Shown: piece by piece, positions 42,372 to 54,202 of the stretch
Numbering within the stretch: the first letter of the stretch is position 1
Layout: each line of letters begins with the position of its first letter
From: Promethearchaeota archaeon
GTDB lineage: Archaea > Asgardarchaeota > Lokiarchaeia > Sigyniarchaeales > SOKP01
Length of the DNA: 64,000 nucleotides
Reading direction: 5' to 3'
Assembly: GCA_019058365.1 (NCBI GenBank)
Contig: JAHPZE010000003.1
Location: 96,001 to 160,000, forward strand
The notes under the pieces: model-generated
The model's database searches: none
Told to the model about the DNA's origin: nothing
What the model saw: the letters and a program-made list of their open reading frames with translations, nothing else
Program-made: the position numbers and the translations under genes

Positions 42372-43952
42372 ATGAAAGCTCAAAATTTTAAAATTCTTTA
42401 TATTCATCCTGAAGAATCCAAAAATCGACCTTATTTCCTTTCAGGTATATTACGAATCTCAAATTATTTAAATTCAAGAAAACACTCACTAAATTATAAT
42501 ATTGAAGAAGAATATTTAGACTTAAGATTTGAACGATTACCTTCATTCTCATTCAAAAATATTCATAATTATAGAAAAAAACTAAAAAAATTATTATTTA
42601 AAACATACGATGATTTCAACTTTAATTTAGTAGCAATATCTTGCTATAGTTCATTTTATTACCTTAACACCTTAGAAATTGCTTTCATTATAAAATATTC
42701 AATTAATCCTGATTGTATAATAGTTGTTGGTGGACCTCACCCATCAATCATTCCAAATGATTTCAATCCTATCAATATTCCAAAATTCTTTTATGAGTTC
42801 TACCCTGATAATATAATCCCATTTAATTATATCATAAGAGAAGAAGCTGAAATTGGTTTTTTTAAATTAATTTGTAGTTTATTGAAGAATAATTCAGTGG
42901 AAAGGTCATCTTCAACGCATAAATTTAGAACCCTTACATCAGATTTAATAATAGACTTAGACAAAATTCCTGTAATAGATTTTTCTCTTTATGAAAAATA
43001 TAAAGAAAAAATTAATAAATTAGGTTTTATTAATATTGATTTCTGTAGGGGTTGTATGTTTCATTGTTCATTTTGCATAAATTCAACAGATTTTATGAAT
43101 TGTTATAAAAAAGTTAGATTAAAAAATATCAATTTATGCATAGAAGAAATAAAAGTTGTTAATGATACTAAATGGTTATCTATAAATGATATTCATATAA
43201 TGGATCCAATATTTTTTCCTAATAGAAGTTACAGAAATAAATTTTACTTAAAACTAAAACAATTTAAACACGAAACTGATGGTTTTCCAGATAAGATTCG
43301 TGTTTTTGATCGGATAGATTTATGTTCAGAAAAAGATTTAGAAAATTACAAAGATTTAAACATTATTCCAGAAATTGGTCTTGAATCAATTTCTAAAACC
43401 ACCTTAACTAATATGAATAAATTAAAAACTCTAGATGATAAAAGTATTATTAATTATACTAATAAAGTAAGAAAAATTATTGAGATTTCTAATAATTTAA
43501 AGCATGAAGTTAATTTTAATTACATATTTGGTTTTCCAGGATCATTGAAAGATGAATATAATGATTTTGATAATTTCTTCTTTAAGAATAATCAAAGAAT
43601 TCACTCATTAATGGAGAATTTTAATATAAATATAGTTTGGACCTTATATGCAGCTATACCAAGATCTAAAATCTATAATGAATGCGAATCTAAATTTGGA
43701 GCAAAAATTTTTTATAAGAATTGGTGGAGAATGCCGAAAGATAATCAAAGGGAGCTATGTAAATTAATAAAACCCAGTTCTAATTTAACTTTTGCTGAAA
43801 CAATTAATTTAGCAGAAAAATATTTTAAAAAAATATATTTTTTTCAACAAAAAAGAGGAAACAGATTTTATTCTAAGAACTATTACTCATTTTATAAAAG
43901 TCACCTTAAGCAATTAAGAGATGAATATTCAGATATTCTCTTCACTCAATAG
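42372..43952 (+). CDS. Cobalamin-binding (class B-type) radical SAM enzyme
   Basis: N-terminal B12-binding-like domain (LVAISC.SS..., IVVGGPHPS), RGCMFHCSFC (CxxxCxxC), IGLES, IFGFPG. Confidence 0.9.
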   Translation: MKAQNFKILYIHPEESKNRPYFLSGILRISNYLNSRKHSLNYNIEEEYLDLRFERLPSFSFKNIHNYRKKLKKLLFKTYDDFNFNLVAISCYSSFYYLNTLEIAFIIKYSINPDCIIVVGGPHPSIIPNDFNPINIPKFFYEFYPDNIIPFNYIIREEAEIGFFKLICSLLKNNSVERSSSTHKFRTLTSDLIIDLDKIPVIDFSLYEKYKEKINKLGFINIDFCRGCMFHCSFCINSTDFMNCYKKVRLKNINLCIEEIKVVNDTKWLSINDIHIMDPIFFPNRSYRNKFYLKLKQFKHETDGFPDKIRVFDRIDLCSEKDLENYKDLNIIPEIGLESISKTTLTNMNKLKTLDDKSIINYTNKVRKIIEISNNLKHEVNFNYIFGFPGSLKDEYNDFDNFFFKNNQRIHSLMENFNINIVWTLYAAIPRSKIYNECESKFGAKIFYKNWWRMPKDNQRELCKLIKPSSNLTFAETINLAEKYFKKIYFFQQKRGNRFYSKNYYSFYKSHLKQLRDEYSDILFTQ

Positions 43953-44115
43953 AACTAACAAAAATTTCGATTGCCTTTTAAATTAGTGATTTTTATAGGA
44001 AGAGATTCAAATTATTTCAAGATCTATCAATCTTAGTTGCTTCTCTTTTTCTTGGAATTTATATAATTAAGTTTTGAAAAAAATTAAAGAAAATTTAATA
44101 TTTAGGTGTTTTTAT

Positions 44116-44230
44116 ATGAAAATTCGTTATTAAATTTTCAATTTTATTAGCTTTATTGACAGCGATTTCAGTTTGGCTTCGAATGGTGATATTAGGATTT
44201 GCAGTTAATGCTGGTGAAGAAGGTCTATAA
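44116..44230 (+). pseudogene. Putative precursor peptide 2 with +1 frameshift (corrected: MKIRYKFSILLALLTAISVWLRMVILGFAVNAGEEGL, 37 aa)
   Basis: ATG with AGGTG SD; one extra base near 44127-44131 gives an early TAA; remainder aligns with peptide 1. Confidence 0.7.
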
Positions 44231-44612
44231 ATAAATTTGTATTAAGATAAAGCTAATAATTAATTTCCATTTCTATATTTTTTACTTTAAAAAATACTTA
44301 TTCCTTATTTATACTATTGAAAAATAGTAATATAATTAAACCTTTTTTAAAAAAGAGTGCACAAATTCTTTCCCTCAATTTAATCTAATTTAAATTTAGA
44401 TTGATTATGTATTTACTCAAATTTAAAGCACACAAAATTTCAAGGGGTGCTGTGCAAAATGAAAAATTCTGTTAAAATATGTACATTTATGTCAAATGCA
44501 ATCTTTAATATGCCTTTAGAAGCCTCCCTCTCTTCACTTAAATTTTCACACAAACATTTATAAGGAAAACTCCTTCACCTCTGATCTTAAAATTAAATAA
44601 AAGTGATATTAT

Positions 44613-44804
44613 ATGAAAAATGAAATGATTAAATATAAATGTCCTAGATGCCATGAAAAAAAAATAATCGACTATGGGAAAATAATTGAATGTGTTAAAT
44701 GTCAATTAGAGTTCTATAAAAGAGATATTGAAACTCTAAATAGAAGTAATATCTTAGCAATTTCAGAATTAAATGATTTTATAAGGATTTTAATAGAAAG
44801 TTAA
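44613..44804 (+). CDS. Small zinc-ribbon protein
   Basis: CPRC...CVKC; GTGAT SD-like motif upstream. Confidence 0.65.
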   Translation: MKNEMIKYKCPRCHEKKIIDYGKIIECVKCQLEFYKRDIETLNRSNILAISELNDFIRILIES

Positions 44805-44872
44805 AAAATTTTATATATCGATTAGCTATTATGAACTACAATTGAGGATATTTACGATTTCTAAGGATAAAT

Positions 44873-44977
44873 TGGTGCTCCCGCCGGGATTTGAACCCGG
44901 GTCACCAGGGTGAAGGCCTAGCATTCAAGTATTTATTCAAGTATAATTATTGCTTGGCCGGACTACACTACGGGAGC
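44873..44977 (-). tRNA. tRNA-Glu (TTC), 27-nt intron at 24/25 (44924-44950); C at position 33; CCA encoded
   Basis: GCTCCCG/CGGGAGC acceptor, CTAGG-CCTTCAC-CCTGG anticodon arm, BHB helix CAAG/CTTG. Confidence 0.9.
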
Positions 44978-45102
44978 AAATTATTATTAAAACAATATAG
45001 GTATATTAATCTTTTAAAATCTTTGATTTGAAAGCTTTTAACTAATTATTAATGTTGTAATTAATTTTGGGTTAAAAATTTTATGAATCATAGTCTTAAT
45101 AA

Positions 45103-45220
45103 TGCGGGAAGGGAGATTTGAACTCCCGAACTCCTACGAGAATGGATTCTAAGTCCACCGCCTATGGTCAGCCATCGATCAAGCGCCTTACAGCCTTTGA
45201 CCAGACTTGGCAATTCCCGC
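45103..45220 (-). tRNA. tRNA-Leu (TAG), 33-nt intron at 21/22 (45164-45196)
   Basis: Class II cloverleaf, GTGGA-CTTAGAA-TCCAT, BHB helix GGTC/GACC. Confidence 0.92.
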
Positions 45221-45396
45221 AAGTTGATATGTTAAAATTGTATTAATAATTAATTAAAAGACTAAGAAATAAAAAAAATTTTTTATAAGAGATTTAAAAA
45301 TTAAATACGATTGAATTAAAAGATAAAAATTTATTATTATACATAATACTAGAAATATAATATCAAGACTTAGCACAAAAAAACCTGATTTCTCTA

Positions 45397-46395
45397 ATGA
45401 GTGTAAGAGAGTCCTTAATAAAACATTTAACATCTATTCTCCGAGCATCAGAAGGTACATTTTTAGTTGTGTTATGTGATCAGAATGGTCTTTCAATAGC
45501 AAAAATAGGGAGAAAGAGTGAGATCGACTTAAACCCAAATCAAATCACAAGTTTAGCTTCAGCAGCTTTTTCTGCTAGCGAAGAAAATTGGGAAGATTTA
45601 AATATTAAAGACCAAGTTATTTCATTTTCATACTTTGATAAAGTTTGTTTAATAACAATTAGAATTAATGAAACACTTCTAACTATAGTGCATGATTACC
45701 ATAAAGATTGGCCTCTAGATGCAGATAATTTAGCCACCGCCATGTATTATTTGAAACAAAAATTAGGTGAATTTTTTGGAAGTGGAGATCAATCAGAGAG
45801 AGATGTTGAAATTTTTTGCGATAAAGTTCGTAGTGCGATTTATCTTTTTGGAATGGGTTCTGAAGTTCCCTTCGTATCTTATAAGCCCGAAAAATTTGAA
45901 CAATCATATTTGTTACCTTCAATAAGTACAATTTTAGATTCCATTCAGAATCCCATTTTTATAAGATATGCTCTAGTTAACCCTTCTGGTTTAACTTTGG
46001 ATGCTAGAGAAGTAAGTGGCCAAAATTTACCTATAACTATTGAGGCTTTCTCTGCAAATGCGAATGCAGCTTTTCAAAAAATGAAAGAGGAATCTCGGGG
46101 AAGTTCTATAGGAGATTTATTATGCTATATTACAATTTCTGGGGAGAATACTGAAAGTTTCTATGGGCTTATTACTTGCCCGTCAGCAAAAATAAAATTC
46201 TCCACAATGGATAAAACATCAAATATAGAAGATATTTCTTTTATTGGTTTATTTACATTAACATATGGGGGAATACCAGTTATCTGTGAATCAAGAAACA
46301 TAATAAGTTCAATTATGCAAATATTTGGTGAAGAACACATAACTATGAACTTTATAAAATCTGTAAATGTTCTTACAAGTTTTAAGTATGAATAG
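45397..46395 (+). CDS. Tandem roadblock/LC7-domain protein
   Basis: Two repeats of the pattern ..D.NGL.I.... and AS.A...F (CDQNGLSIA; VNPSGLTLD). Confidence 0.7.
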   Translation: MSVRESLIKHLTSILRASEGTFLVVLCDQNGLSIAKIGRKSEIDLNPNQITSLASAAFSASEENWEDLNIKDQVISFSYFDKVCLITIRINETLLTIVHDYHKDWPLDADNLATAMYYLKQKLGEFFGSGDQSERDVEIFCDKVRSAIYLFGMGSEVPFVSYKPEKFEQSYLLPSISTILDSIQNPIFIRYALVNPSGLTLDAREVSGQNLPITIEAFSANANAAFQKMKEESRGSSIGDLLCYITISGENTESFYGLITCPSAKIKFSTMDKTSNIEDISFIGLFTLTYGGIPVICESRNIISSIMQIFGEEHITMNFIKSVNVLTSFKYE

Positions 46396-46425
46396 GAAAG
46401 GAACAAAATTGTTAATTTTAATAAT

Positions 46426-46914
46426 TTGGTGATTGTTTTTAATAATTCAATAATGACTATCTTCGATCCAATAAAAGAAATACCTAAAGTATTTTGTCTT
46501 AATTATGGAGAATGTGATCCGAAGAAATGTACTGCAAATAAACTAAAAAAACTTAATCTTTTAAAATCTATAAATAACATTAAAAGTCCATTAAATAATT
46601 CCATTATTTTAGATCCATTTGCCAGACAAGAGTTATCTGATCTTGATAGAAATATTGTTCTTAGATATGGTTTAATTGTAATTGACTGTTCTTGGAATAA
46701 TATTTTGAATTTAAAGAAATTGACATTTAAAAACGCTCGTAAATTGCCTCCTTTAATTGCTGCTAATCCAACAAATTATGGTAAATGGGAAAAATTAAGC
46801 TCAGCAGAAGCCCTAGTGGCAGCATTATTTATAACAAAATTTATTGAATATGGGAATCTGATTCTCTCAAAATTTTCTTGGGGTATTCAATTTAAAGAAT
46901 TAAACAAATTTTAA
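46426..46914 (+). CDS. tsr3: rRNA aminocarboxypropyltransferase Tsr3
   Basis: ECDPKKCT, IDCSW, RKLP.L.AANPTNYG...LS.AEA, F.WG..F. Confidence 0.93.
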   Translation: MVIVFNNSIMTIFDPIKEIPKVFCLNYGECDPKKCTANKLKKLNLLKSINNIKSPLNNSIILDPFARQELSDLDRNIVLRYGLIVIDCSWNNILNLKKLTFKNARKLPPLIAANPTNYGKWEKLSSAEALVAALFITKFIEYGNLILSKFSWGIQFKELNKF

Positions 46915-46949
46915 AAAAAAAATTAGAAAAATAAAAATCATCAAATATA

Positions 46950-48551
46950 TTAATCCGCGGACCCTTTTGAAAGCCCAGAAGCTGCTATGACGTCATCTAT
47001 CTTAAGGATCATCGCAGAAACTTCCGTTGCAGATTGAATTGCTTGAGTTAGGACAGATAAAGGCTCTAGAACCCCCAGCTTTACCATATCGTCTGTTTTT
47101 CCTGTGTCGATGTTAATACCTTTAGACTTCCCTTCTTCAGTTTCATGTTGTGATCTTAATTCTACTATTAAATCTACTGGATTATATCCCGCATTTTCAA
47201 CTAAAGTCTTAGGAATTATTTCTAAGGCATTAGCATACACTTCGATCGCTAACTGTTCTCTTCCTCCGATTGATCTCGCATATAATTTAAGCCTCTTTGC
47301 AAGTTCTATTTCTGAAGCGCCACCACCAGGTAAGATAAAAGGCAATTCTATAGCTGCTTTGACAACCGATAAAGCATCGTGAAGCATTCTTTCTGCTTCG
47401 TCCACGACATGTTCAATTCCCGCTCTAATTAATATACTCACTGCTTTTGGATCAGCACATTCAGAAACGATTATCATGTTGTCATCTCCTATTTTCTTCT
47501 CTTCCACTTTTCCAGCTTCTCCTAAATCTTTTTCACTAATTTCAAATATATTATTGATAATTTTTGCATTAGTTGCTCGAGCTAATTTCTCCATATCTGA
47601 TCTTTTTACTCTTCGGACTGTTATAATATCTTCTTTTGCTAGATAGTTTTGTGCTTTATCATCAACACCTTTTTGACAAAAAACAACATTCGCACCAATC
47701 TCTTTTAATTTTGCAACACGATTTTTTAACATATTTGCTTCTTCTTCAAGAAATTTATTGATTTGATCAGGGGTTTGAACTCGTATTTCAGCATCGAATT
47801 CTGTTTTTTCTACTTCTAAAGAAGCGCTGATTAACGCAATCCTTGCATTTTTAATTGATTTTGGCATCATAGGATGAACCACTTCTTTATCAACAATAAT
47901 CCCATCTATGATATTAGTGTCTAAAAGGCTCTTTCCTTCTTTTTTGATAATTTGAATTTGATCTAAATCTATTATAACATGACTTCCACGTTGTTCTTTA
48001 ACTTGGCTTACTGCTTTAACAGCAATATCTGCAAAATGACTTTTTACAGTAATTAATTTACTGTTCATTGAAGTTTCTGCAACTTTCATTAAAGTAGCTT
48101 TATCGTTAATCTCTATTTTTGTTGCTAATTCTTTCAAAATCTCTTTACTTTTTAATAACGCTTTTCGATAACCCCTAAAGATAATAGTAGGGTGTACTCC
48201 CTGTTCCATTAACTCTTCTGCAAGATTTAACAATTCTCCTGAAATAATAACACTTGTAGTAGTTCCATCTCCTACTTTATCGTCTTGAGTCTTAGCTACT
48301 TCTACTATCATTTTGGCTGCAGGATGCTCGACATCAATCTTGTCTAAAATCGTTGCTCCATCATTTGTAATCGTAACATCTCCTAGCGAATCAACAAGCA
48401 TTTTATCCATACCTTTTGGACCTAACGTTGTTCTTACAGCTTCAGCAACAGCTTTAGCAGCAGCAATGTTGTTCTTTTGGGCATCTTTCCCTTGTTTTCT
48501 TTCTGCTCCTTCTCTTAATATAAGGATTGGAACACCCGATAATTGTGCCAT
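46950..48551 (-). CDS. ths: Thermosome (group II chaperonin) subunit
   Basis: [22 protein letters not shown] motifs. Confidence 0.97.
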   Translation of the reverse strand: MAQLSGVPILILREGAERKQGKDAQKNNIAAAKAVAEAVRTTLGPKGMDKMLVDSLGDVTITNDGATILDKIDVEHPAAKMIVEVAKTQDDKVGDGTTTSVIISGELLNLAEELMEQGVHPTIIFRGYRKALLKSKEILKELATKIEINDKATLMKVAETSMNSKLITVKSHFADIAVKAVSQVKEQRGSHVIIDLDQIQIIKKEGKSLLDTNIIDGIIVDKEVVHPMMPKSIKNARIALISASLEVEKTEFDAEIRVQTPDQINKFLEEEANMLKNRVAKLKEIGANVVFCQKGVDDKAQNYLAKEDIITVRRVKRSDMEKLARATNAKIINNIFEISEKDLGEAGKVEEKKIGDDNMIIVSECADPKAVSILIRAGIEHVVDEAERMLHDALSVVKAAIELPFILPGGGASEIELAKRLKLYARSIGGREQLAIEVYANALEIIPKTLVENAGYNPVDLIVELRSQHETEEGKSKGINIDTGKTDDMVKLGVLEPLSVLTQAIQSATEVSAMILKIDDVIAASGLSKGSAD

Positions 48552-48672
48552 CTCTTATTCACTTTTTCAATTGTTAATATAAATTTTTATTTATATAGAT
48601 CTCTAAGTCATAAAATTAAAAAAGTTTACGAAAAATAATTAAAAGCTTTGTTTCTGGGTTTTTTAAAATTTA

Positions 48673-50496
48673 GTGGTGTTTTTAAAATTGAAGAGTAATA
48701 AAGAGTCAAAATATTCAATTATGATATCCATTACTTTTTTTTCTGGCTTAAGTCTGATATCTCTTTGTGTAAATATTATATTCTATATATATAAAAAGAA
48801 AAAATATTATTTAAGCCGAATTAAAGTGTTGATATTTGGAATTTTAATATGTACTACAATATCTCTTATTGCTAATATACCATTTTTTATCATTAATAGT
48901 GCTGAGCCATTTTTAGAAAAAAAACAAGGATATATTATTCCAACAGTCTTATTCAATTTAGCAAATATACAATATAGCTTTTCGGTTATTCTTTTTTTAC
49001 TAAGTTTTTTACAGGGAGATGAGAACATCATAAATCTTGAAATCCCAACAAAGTTGAGTAATAAAAAAGGGAATATTCCTATTGGAAGAATTTTAAAAGG
49101 AAAAGCTAAAAAAAAAAAGTTTAATTTAGCCTTAAAAGATCTTGAGAAGCATATGTTTATATGTGGAGCAACAGGGACGGGAAAAAGTAACTTTTTACAA
49201 AATTTCTTAATTAATTTTAAAAAAGTGCATGATATTCCTTTCTTTCTTGTTGAATTTAAAGGAGAATATCATTTTCTTCAAAAAAATATACAAGATGTTC
49301 TCATATTATGGCCGGGTCAAAATTTTTCTATAAATATTTTTAATCCAGAAAATGTAAGCCCTATTATTCATGCTGAAAGAATATTTGATATTTTGAAAAG
49401 TGGGAAGTTATTAGATGAGAGTTCTGAGTTTTCTCCACAAATGGAGAAGGTTTTAGTTGAAATTTTAGTAAAAGTCTGTGGAAATAAAGACTATCGAAGT
49501 TGGAAAGGGTTTGAGCACTGGTGCAACGAGTATCTAAAAAATAATAAGAATATCATACCAATGTTGAGCCAAACACTAATAAGTATTAAGAACCGAATCA
49601 GAAGGTTTTCAGTAGGACCATTAAAGGCTTTATTTGAAAAGAAGAATGAAATCAACATATATTATTTATTTAAAAAGAATGTTATCATTGATCTAAGTTC
49701 GATTATCCGTTTAGGTGGTGAGAAAGAGGATGCTCTATTCTTTCTAAATATGATTCTAAAATATTTATGGGATATAAATTTGACAAAAGGTTCATATAAT
49801 TTCAATGGAATCCAGCATATCACTATTATTGAAGATGCCCAATATTTCGCTCCACAAGATTTAATGAAAAAGAGTAAATTAACAACATATTTAGAAGATA
49901 TTGCGTTATTGCAAAGAGGAACGGGAGAGTGCTTAATAACTTTAGCAACACGTCCAGATATAAGTAAAGAAATCTTAGCAAACAATGGTGTTGTAGTAAC
50001 GTTTAAAAATCATATGGAAAAGGACATTATGTGCGAATTGCTAAATATTGACATTGAAGATAAGAATTATCTATCAATTTTAGAGGAGGGTCAATGTATT
50101 ATAAGAGTAAACTCAATTAAAGAATCTTTTTTGTTGAAGATCCCCTTAATAAAGCACAATTCAATATTAATTTCAGATATTAAAAAAAACAATAAAATAA
50201 TCTTATATAAAACTAAAAATAGTTTAAAATCGAATTCTAACTCGAAAATTAATATTCTGGGGGATTACATTCAAGAAATAGTGATTAAAAATAAGAAACC
50301 TCATCCTGATAATTCTGAAAATGTAATTCAAATTTTAGATGAATCTAAAAAAGGTAAGTCTCAAAATTCCTCATCAATTATACAAAATACTGAAAGAAAA
50401 AATATAGTAACACAATATATTTCTAATCTAGATACTTATAGTGAGTTAGAAGCATATATTAATCACCTTTACAAGTTGCATAGAAAAAAGGAATAA
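48673..50496 (+). CDS. HerA/FtsK-like (DUF87) ATPase with N-terminal TM segments
   Basis: KHMFICGATGTGKS Walker A, EFKGEY, IIEDAQ Walker B variant. Confidence 0.75.
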   Translation: MVFLKLKSNKESKYSIMISITFFSGLSLISLCVNIIFYIYKKKKYYLSRIKVLIFGILICTTISLIANIPFFIINSAEPFLEKKQGYIIPTVLFNLANIQYSFSVILFLLSFLQGDENIINLEIPTKLSNKKGNIPIGRILKGKAKKKKFNLALKDLEKHMFICGATGTGKSNFLQNFLINFKKVHDIPFFLVEFKGEYHFLQKNIQDVLILWPGQNFSINIFNPENVSPIIHAERIFDILKSGKLLDESSEFSPQMEKVLVEILVKVCGNKDYRSWKGFEHWCNEYLKNNKNIIPMLSQTLISIKNRIRRFSVGPLKALFEKKNEINIYYLFKKNVIIDLSSIIRLGGEKEDALFFLNMILKYLWDINLTKGSYNFNGIQHITIIEDAQYFAPQDLMKKSKLTTYLEDIALLQRGTGECLITLATRPDISKEILANNGVVVTFKNHMEKDIMCELLNIDIEDKNYLSILEEGQCIIRVNSIKESFLLKIPLIKHNSILISDIKKNNKIILYKTKNSLKSNSNSKINILGDYIQEIVIKNKKPHPDNSENVIQILDESKKGKSQNSSSIIQNTERKNIVTQYISNLDTYSELEAYINHLYKLHRKKE

Positions 50497-50524
50497 TTTT
50501 AAGATATCATAATTCAATATACAT

Positions 50525-51742
50525 ATGACCTTAACAATAGGTATTATTGGGAAACCTAGCAGTGGGAAGACAACATTTTTGAATGCCGCTTGTTTAACAC
50601 ATGCGAAGGTTAGTGAAATACCATTTACTACGATAGAGCCTAATAAGGGAGTAGCTTATGTAAAAAACAAATGTGTCTGTAAAGAATTAAATGTCACCGA
50701 TAATCCTCAAAATTCTATATGTATTGATGGAACTCGTTTTATACCAATTAATTTAATTGATGTTGCGGGGTTAGTTCCAGATGCGCATAAGGGAAAGGGT
50801 TTAGGTAATAGATTTTTAAATGACTTGATCAAAGCAGATGTTCTTCTCCATATAGTAGATATCACTGGATCCCTCGATAAATCTGGAAAATTAGTATCTA
50901 TGGGAGAAAACGATCCCTACGATGATATAATATTTCTAGAAGAGGAAATAAATTTATGGTTCAAAGAAATACTTGAAAGAGAAGATTGGACAAAATTCAC
51001 TAAAACCATAACAACAGAGAAGAGAAAAGTTGTGGAGGCATTATATGATAGGCTTTCAGGTGTAAAAATTACTAAACAACAGATAATCCTTTCATTAAAA
51101 GATTCAAATTTAGAAGGTAAAAATCCAACCACATGGTCAGATATTGAGCTTTTAGAGTTTGTAAAAACTTTAAGACGAAAATCTAAACCTATTTTAATAT
51201 TGGCAAATAAAATTGATAAGGAGATTAGCGATAATAATTTAATAGCGTTAAAAAAGAAATATGCGGATCCAATTATCCCTTGTAGTGCGTTAGCAGAGCA
51301 TTTTTTAAGGAAATATCATGAAGAAAACGTGATTAATTATTTACCGGGATCAAATGATTTCAAAATTACTAACGAAAACAAATTGAAGTCAGAAGTACTA
51401 GAGATGCTGAAAAAGATTAAAGAGAAAATTTTAAAAAAATATGGAGGTACAGGAATTCAAAATGCATTAGATTTTGCTTCATTTATCATAGCAAATCAAA
51501 TTTGTGTTTATCCAGTATCAGATATTAATTCATATTCAGATAACAAAAACAATGTTTTACCAGATGCATTTCTAGTAAAAAAAGGGACTTTATTAAGAGA
51601 TTTTGTAAGAGAAAAAATTCACAGTGAGTTAGCTGAAAATTTTATGTTTGGTATTGATGCTAGGACAAAAAAAAGGTTAGGAGAAAATTACGAATTAAAA
51701 GATAAAGATATTATAAGAATTGTAACATCAAAAAATAGGTAA
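50525..51742 (+). CDS. ychF: YchF-related OBG-family GTPase with TGS domain
   Basis: GKPSSGKT, PFTTIEPN, DVAGLV, GLGN.FL, NKID, C-terminal TGS. Confidence 0.9.
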   Translation: MTLTIGIIGKPSSGKTTFLNAACLTHAKVSEIPFTTIEPNKGVAYVKNKCVCKELNVTDNPQNSICIDGTRFIPINLIDVAGLVPDAHKGKGLGNRFLNDLIKADVLLHIVDITGSLDKSGKLVSMGENDPYDDIIFLEEEINLWFKEILEREDWTKFTKTITTEKRKVVEALYDRLSGVKITKQQIILSLKDSNLEGKNPTTWSDIELLEFVKTLRRKSKPILILANKIDKEISDNNLIALKKKYADPIIPCSALAEHFLRKYHEENVINYLPGSNDFKITNENKLKSEVLEMLKKIKEKILKKYGGTGIQNALDFASFIIANQICVYPVSDINSYSDNKNNVLPDAFLVKKGTLLRDFVREKIHSELAENFMFGIDARTKKRLGENYELKDKDIIRIVTSKNR

Positions 51743-51749
51743 TTTCAAA

Positions 51750-51905
51750 CTAATCTTGTTTTGATGTTAAGAGAATGTAAATTAGAATAATAACTAATAA
51801 AATGATACCAAAAAAAACTAAGATGAAATTATACATTTCAACACTACTAGTTGTAGTTTGAAATATAAAAAGAATAATTAGCAATAATATTCCATAAACC
51901 TTCAT
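51750..51905 (-). CDS. 51-aa small membrane protein; not in ORF track
   Basis: MKVYGILLLIILFIFQTTTSSVEMYNFILVFFGIILLVIILIYILLTSKQD, two hydrophobic stretches. Confidence 0.5.
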   Translation of the reverse strand: MKVYGILLLIILFIFQTTTSSVEMYNFILVFFGIILLVIILIYILLTSKQD

Positions 51906-52078
51906 ACTTATAATGAATATTTAATGAATAATTAAAAAATTTCTTATTTTTATTAGAAGTGAAAAGTGAATCCTCAGCTAAAATATAATAACTCTTAATA
52001 ATCCTCAATATTTTAATTTTTTTTTAAGTTCTAATAATTATTTTTTCAGTTTGTCTTATTTCATTTAAAAAAGAAGAA

Positions 52079-52180
52079 TGGACCTGACGGGAATTGAACC
52101 CGTGACCTCTTGAATGCAAGTCAAGCGTTGAAGGTTGGTATTAAATAGAACCTTACAATCTTCCACTGATCTACAGGCCC
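52079..52180 (-). tRNA. tRNA-Ala (TGC), 30-nt intron at 24/25 (52128-52157)
   Basis: G3-U70 pair, CTTGA-CTTGCAT-TCAAG, BHB helix GAAG/CTTC; directly downstream of 16S. Confidence 0.93.
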
Positions 52181-52363
52181 AGGTTTTTTACAATTATTAT
52201 TTGTATTAAAAACATTAATAATTAAAATCTTTTACTTTTTTAAAGTCAATACTTTGTATATTTCAAATGAATTTGTTTAATTATAAAATATGAATATAAA
52301 AATGAGGTAAAAGTTAATCAAGAACTTACCTAAGAAAAGATTCATTTCTAAATTATATATAAA

Positions 52364-53857
<1,494 letters not shown>

Positions 53858-54202
53858 AATTCTTATGAAATTTTTAGCTAAAACTTTAATTATTAATTGG
53901 AATTGAAATGTCGCTATTCTTAGGGGTTCTTAATTTAACTTTCTTCAGTTATATTTATCAAATATATAACTACATTTTTTATACCGCATCTATGATTGAA
54001 CTCTTCATATAACGGAGGTTTACCGTAATCCAAGCTTACACCGGTTAAGATGCGATTTGCTAATATATTATAAAGGTACAATGTATTTTAAATTTTTTTG
54101 TTTTTCTATGAAGGCGTAAGCTTTCTAAATAAATTTTCGTAGTTTAAAAATCTCTATTAAAATTAAAGAATATCATTTCAAAAAGAGAAATTATGGTTTA
54201 AA

